DNA of 64,000 nucleotides, from positions 1 to 64,000 of the forward strand of contig JAUCBJ010005958.1 of NCBI GenBank assembly GCA_032718475.1, written 5' to 3'. Every line of letters begins with the position of its first letter. The stretch's first letter is position 1. The notes under the pieces are model-generated. The model did not search any database and was not told the DNA's origin. It was given only the letters and a program-made list of their open reading frames with translations. Both the position numbers and the translations under genes were made by a program. Origin of the DNA: Nemertoderma westbladi. Lineage: Eukaryota > Animalia > Xenacoelomorpha. Positions 59,690-64,000 of this stretch are shown here, piece by piece.

Positions 59690-62600
59690 GAAGTAATTTA
59701 CTCAAAAGTCAAACTCTGTAGAATCTTAAATCCGCTCGATGTACTCTAGAAAGTTTTAAAGGGAGACCTTATTTGTACCACATTGTATTGTAGATAATCT
59801 TTGGCAGATGATATTATCTTCCAGTCACATGAAGGAATTTGAATACAATAATGACTTCCTTCCTGTGTTCGATTATTTATAAACAATGGTGGCAGTAAAT
59901 CTGCAACACAGAACAATAAAAAATAAAATATCGAATGATGTGGCGCCGTTATGACTTGCAATTTGACCTGTAATCGTAGTCGAATTATCAGCATCCCGAA
60001 ATAACGAGTTCGAGTGAATGAAAATGAATAGAACTGCTACTGACCTGACCTGCAATACGCAGATAATGATAATATGCCCCCAGAACCTTCCTTGCCAATC
60101 GCTGTCCACAATCGATAATAATAATTATCGAAATATGAGATGCTAGCAGAGGCATGGTATTAGATTCTTTATTTGGGTGTATGTTTGTGACATGTGTGCT
60201 GGGATGTATCTTTGTGTATTAGAGAGTTTTAAATCATTCAATATATTTCGTGCTGCGCTCTTGAAGTTATTACCTATTGTATGTTACTGATTATATATTG
60301 TTGTTGCTGCTGATAATTTCTAGGTAGAAGCCACGCCCAGTATACAAGATGTCATGCTTTTGGGTCGCTAGTAGAGAATATAACAAAATTAAAAGACAGT
60401 CTTAAAAAGGATTTTACTATCAGTACTATATTATGCGCTTTTGTCTGGGGTTTTCATGTTATGATCGTTGACTACTCAGGTAAACATGACATAGACGCAA
60501 CCATCAAGGGAGCCTACCTTACATACACACCAGTACTTCCAATTTGGCATTCGTCATTAATTAGCTGACAATTGTGGGAATTAGCAATACCAAAGGGTCA
60601 TAAATATTGTGACAGTCTCGGTCAGTCCGATATTTATTTATAAGATACTGATATTCCGACTGGGAACTCCCAACAGACTGCGTCTGTTGGGCTACTGAAA
60701 GGTTGTCGAGTGGTTCTGAAAGGCCGAAGGCCGGTTAAATAACTAGGCCGGTTTATAGTTACAGTTGTTCGTAATGTCAGATTCAATAAAGCACAATCAG
60801 TCATATAATAATAGCAGTACAATGACGGTCGACGACGGTTAAAAACCGTCTGACTTCTACACTCAATATAGCCAACTGAAGCACAATTAACAGAGTAACG
60901 GTTATATATATTATATGGGATACAAATTCGTACCTATGTTTGACCTACCAATGAATGCGTGATAATTAATTGTAAACCACCCCATCATTGGTTGATCCAT
61001 TCCCGGGCCAAACCCATTTTCCCTGGCCCTATGATAGCTTCCTCCTGAGATGGGCTAATATGCATCTCTCTCTCTTTCTGGTAATGCATATTGCCCTGGT
61101 GTCTTCGGTATGCGATATTATATTGGTAATATCGCATATCCGATTAGGATTTGTAAATCATACCTTTCCCCATTTTCCACTGGGGGTGCAGCGAATTGGA
61201 TACGCTAACATTGGCTAGGGGCTTTTCTTGTTCAGTCAATTCATTTCTGATGTCAGTTTTAACGGTGTACGAAATCTTATCCCACTGTTTTATTTTATTG
61301 CGTACCATTGCTTATGGATCACCTGGGTGATCCATAGTAACTAAAGGGTTAATTATTCAATCATTATTATTAAAATCCGTCACTTTTTAGTATTTTTAAA
61401 TTCATTAATTAGCTATACCATCATAATTATCAGCAGTTGTTAATGAAAATCTCACTGACGATTAATTTACTGGTGTTAAAAAGCTTGTTTTATATATAAT
61501 ACTACATAATAGTAATTTTAAAACTTATAAAATGTTCAAATTTTGAGTATGGGATGAGGTTACTATGTGTGCTATTAACCTTTTTACAAAATTGAATTTT
61601 ACAAAATTCGCAAATGCAAATTGGATCATCACTGCGAATGAGTGTACTTGTATGTACGCGATTGGGTTACATTGTGTTTGTTTAACTTATAATATAACAA
61701 AGTATAGGAATGATGCAAAATTATACCCCTTAAGCCTTAAATTACCCAAACCTGTTTGTTGGTCATTCTTACACTATTATGGAATCGCATACCTTTTATC
61801 TCTAATTGATAGGAATAACAGCATATCAGCTCAGAGTGCCCAATCCCCCCAATAGTCAATTCCCCAATAACTGTGTAGGAGTGCATTAGATCTCGTTTCA
61901 AGTGATTGCACACATGGGAATAATTTTAATGGGAACCATTTATTTTATAGCAAATCAATTACGTATTGTATAAATAAAGTAAATGGGAATGAATTAAAGT
62001 AAAGTTCTACATTATATTATAGCTGAAATGAATTATTTTTTATTGATATTTATTATCATTTCATGAAAATAAGATGAAAGATCGTTTTATTGATAAAAGG
62101 TAACGTAATTTACAAAGGAAGCGTTTCCATTGTAATATTAATAATTAATAATAGCTGCGAGGAAATGACCAGATTTAGATGATGGAGCAGTTAAATTATA
62201 CAAGCGCCATGGATACTGTAGTGTAGTGTAGGTATTGTTGTTGGGATGCTATCATTTTATTTCCTAATTCACCAGCCCAGCGGGAAGAAGTGATAAACAG
62301 ACGATTTAGTTTCTTGCCCCTAAAAATACAAGGGGAGGGATGGGTTTCAAATATCCATCCAATTAACCAACATGTTTCTATTCAAATGAAACATCAAATA
62401 AAATAAATAATATATTTACCATCAACTGATATAAGCTATTTTGTATTAACTATTAAGTATAGGGTGTTAGTGAGAGATTATACAATTTACCAGATTAGGC
62501 CAGCCAAAGGGATATTACGCTTACGCACAAAGTCTGACGACTTATTTTCGGTCCCCCCCCCCCCCCCCCCCCCCATAGGAAATTCTTGTATTCGTTTAGA

Positions 62601-62816
62601 TACCATTAAGGATGCAAGACAGAGATGCGCCCTGACTAGAAAACAAAGAAACATAAAAGCAATAAAGGGAACAATATACCCGTTTCGTGACACTACAATT
62701 GTCAACCGGATAACTGCACCCCCCCCCCCCCCGGACAATTGCCCCCCGAGGACAAATGCCTCCAGACAATTGCCCCCCAATGGATTCAGCGCCCGAAAAC
62801 CTATATTGGAAAAAGA

Positions 62817-64000
62817 TTAGATAATTCTATATAGAATCATTTTGTTGTATATTTTGGCAGCTACCACATGCGGACAGATCCCACGATAGTTTGTTGGTAC
62901 ACCGAGGTCTCCTTTCTTGGGGAGAGGCTTTAGTTGACCTTTTGTCCAAGTTGGTGGTGGCTTTTCCCCTTTTAACATCCGGTTGCAAACATTCAATAAT
63001 GGTCTGTTTAGCACTTCTGTTTTCCATACCTCCGCTGGAATTTTATCTAATTCATCTAATCCACTCGCTTTAGTATTGGACACGCTTTTAATGCTTCTTT
63101 AGAGTTCGGCGGGTGTGAAAGTCCCCTGTCTCTATAGGTAGTGTCTTGTCATATATTTTATTCCTAAATTGTAACATTACTCAACGCCGTTAGTAAAAGC
63201 GAGTTGTTATTTAGCACTTTACAACTTTAGAGGACATTACAGCAGCAGTATTGGCCTGTACATTTAGTATTATATTTGGTGAACAATAGGTGGAAATTTG
63301 CCTGACAGCCAGATAGGCCTACTGCATCACCTACTGGTAGGCGGGGTATAGCTATTAATAACCAGTAGGGCCTAGCTATATTATTATAACATGGCTCCAA
63401 ACGCCACCATAAATATAAGTTAACTTATTTATAACATAATTTATGTCATTTTTACATTTATTTATACAGCAACTAATGTAATTTGTGCAGTTTCTATCAC
63501 TTATAATGTATTTGTACAATCATTTCGTAATGTTAAAATTTTGGAATAAAACTACAGATACTTGTTGCAAAGTACTTTACAGTGTTCTGTTCCTCGTGGC
63601 TTTATTTTCACTCACTCACTAACGTTCGTTCGTGTAACAAAGCCACTCGGATCATCACACTGTAAAGTGCTACTTTACACAGAAGTATGTAAATAGTTAT
63701 TCCTTGTTGTAGGGCTCACCTCGATGTTTGGTGGCTGCCCAAGCAAGTTGCTAAAGTGATGTTTCCCTCTCCCAACACATTCTTCAGGACTATCAGCTTT
63801 GAGGCGCCCCTTAGCACAACTTCTCCGACCTGCTACCTCATTTACAGTTTGGCAGGTAAGTCTTGATTGTTGCTGTATGTGAGCAGTTGTAATTTATTAA
63901 ATCTTGTCCTGTATGTACTTCTCCTGGCTGATGTTGTAGGCCAATTTAAGATCGTCCTTAGCTTTCTCAACCTTGTTAATGTTTTCGGTTGTTGGTTGTT
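62817..64000 (-). mobile_element. RTE family 2 fragment, interrupted at 63166-63696
   Basis: KASGLD..IPAEVWK..PLPKKGDL..NYRGI peptide. Matches 38280-38680 in reverse. Confidence 0.85.

Overview
AT-rich, transposon-dense eukaryotic (probably invertebrate animal) DNA with one clear host gene, an intronless DUF3105/TP53I13-like secreted protein at 26186-27064 (-), and one dispersed 5S rRNA at 59571-59689 (-). The first 20 kb holds two sister BEL/Pao-type LTR retrotransposons on the minus strand. Copy B (8069-19910) is complete, with near-identical LTRs and a GGCCA target-site duplication (TSD). It keeps an open gag-protease ORF from which RT, most of RNase H and integrase are missing in frame. 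Neither copy has a tRNA primer-binding site (PBS). Instead, the 10-11 nt abutting the 5' LTR are exactly complementary to a site inside that LTR, with compensatory changes between the copies, which suggests Tf1-like self-priming in a BEL/Pao lineage. Mid-window is an intact CRE-clade (RT + restriction-like endonuclease) ORF with 28.5 in-frame 24-bp repeats inside the RT palm. There are four hammerhead ribozyme motifs: two in a tRNA-like scaffold within a 431-bp palindromic insertion, one canonical type III inside a P-superfamily deletion derivative, and one minimal Penelope-type. The rest is nested piggyBac-/Kolobok-like non-autonomous elements, RTE, L2 and Penelope fragments, SINE heads and minisatellites. 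All alignments were made by eye; boundaries without a TSD or TIR are approximate.
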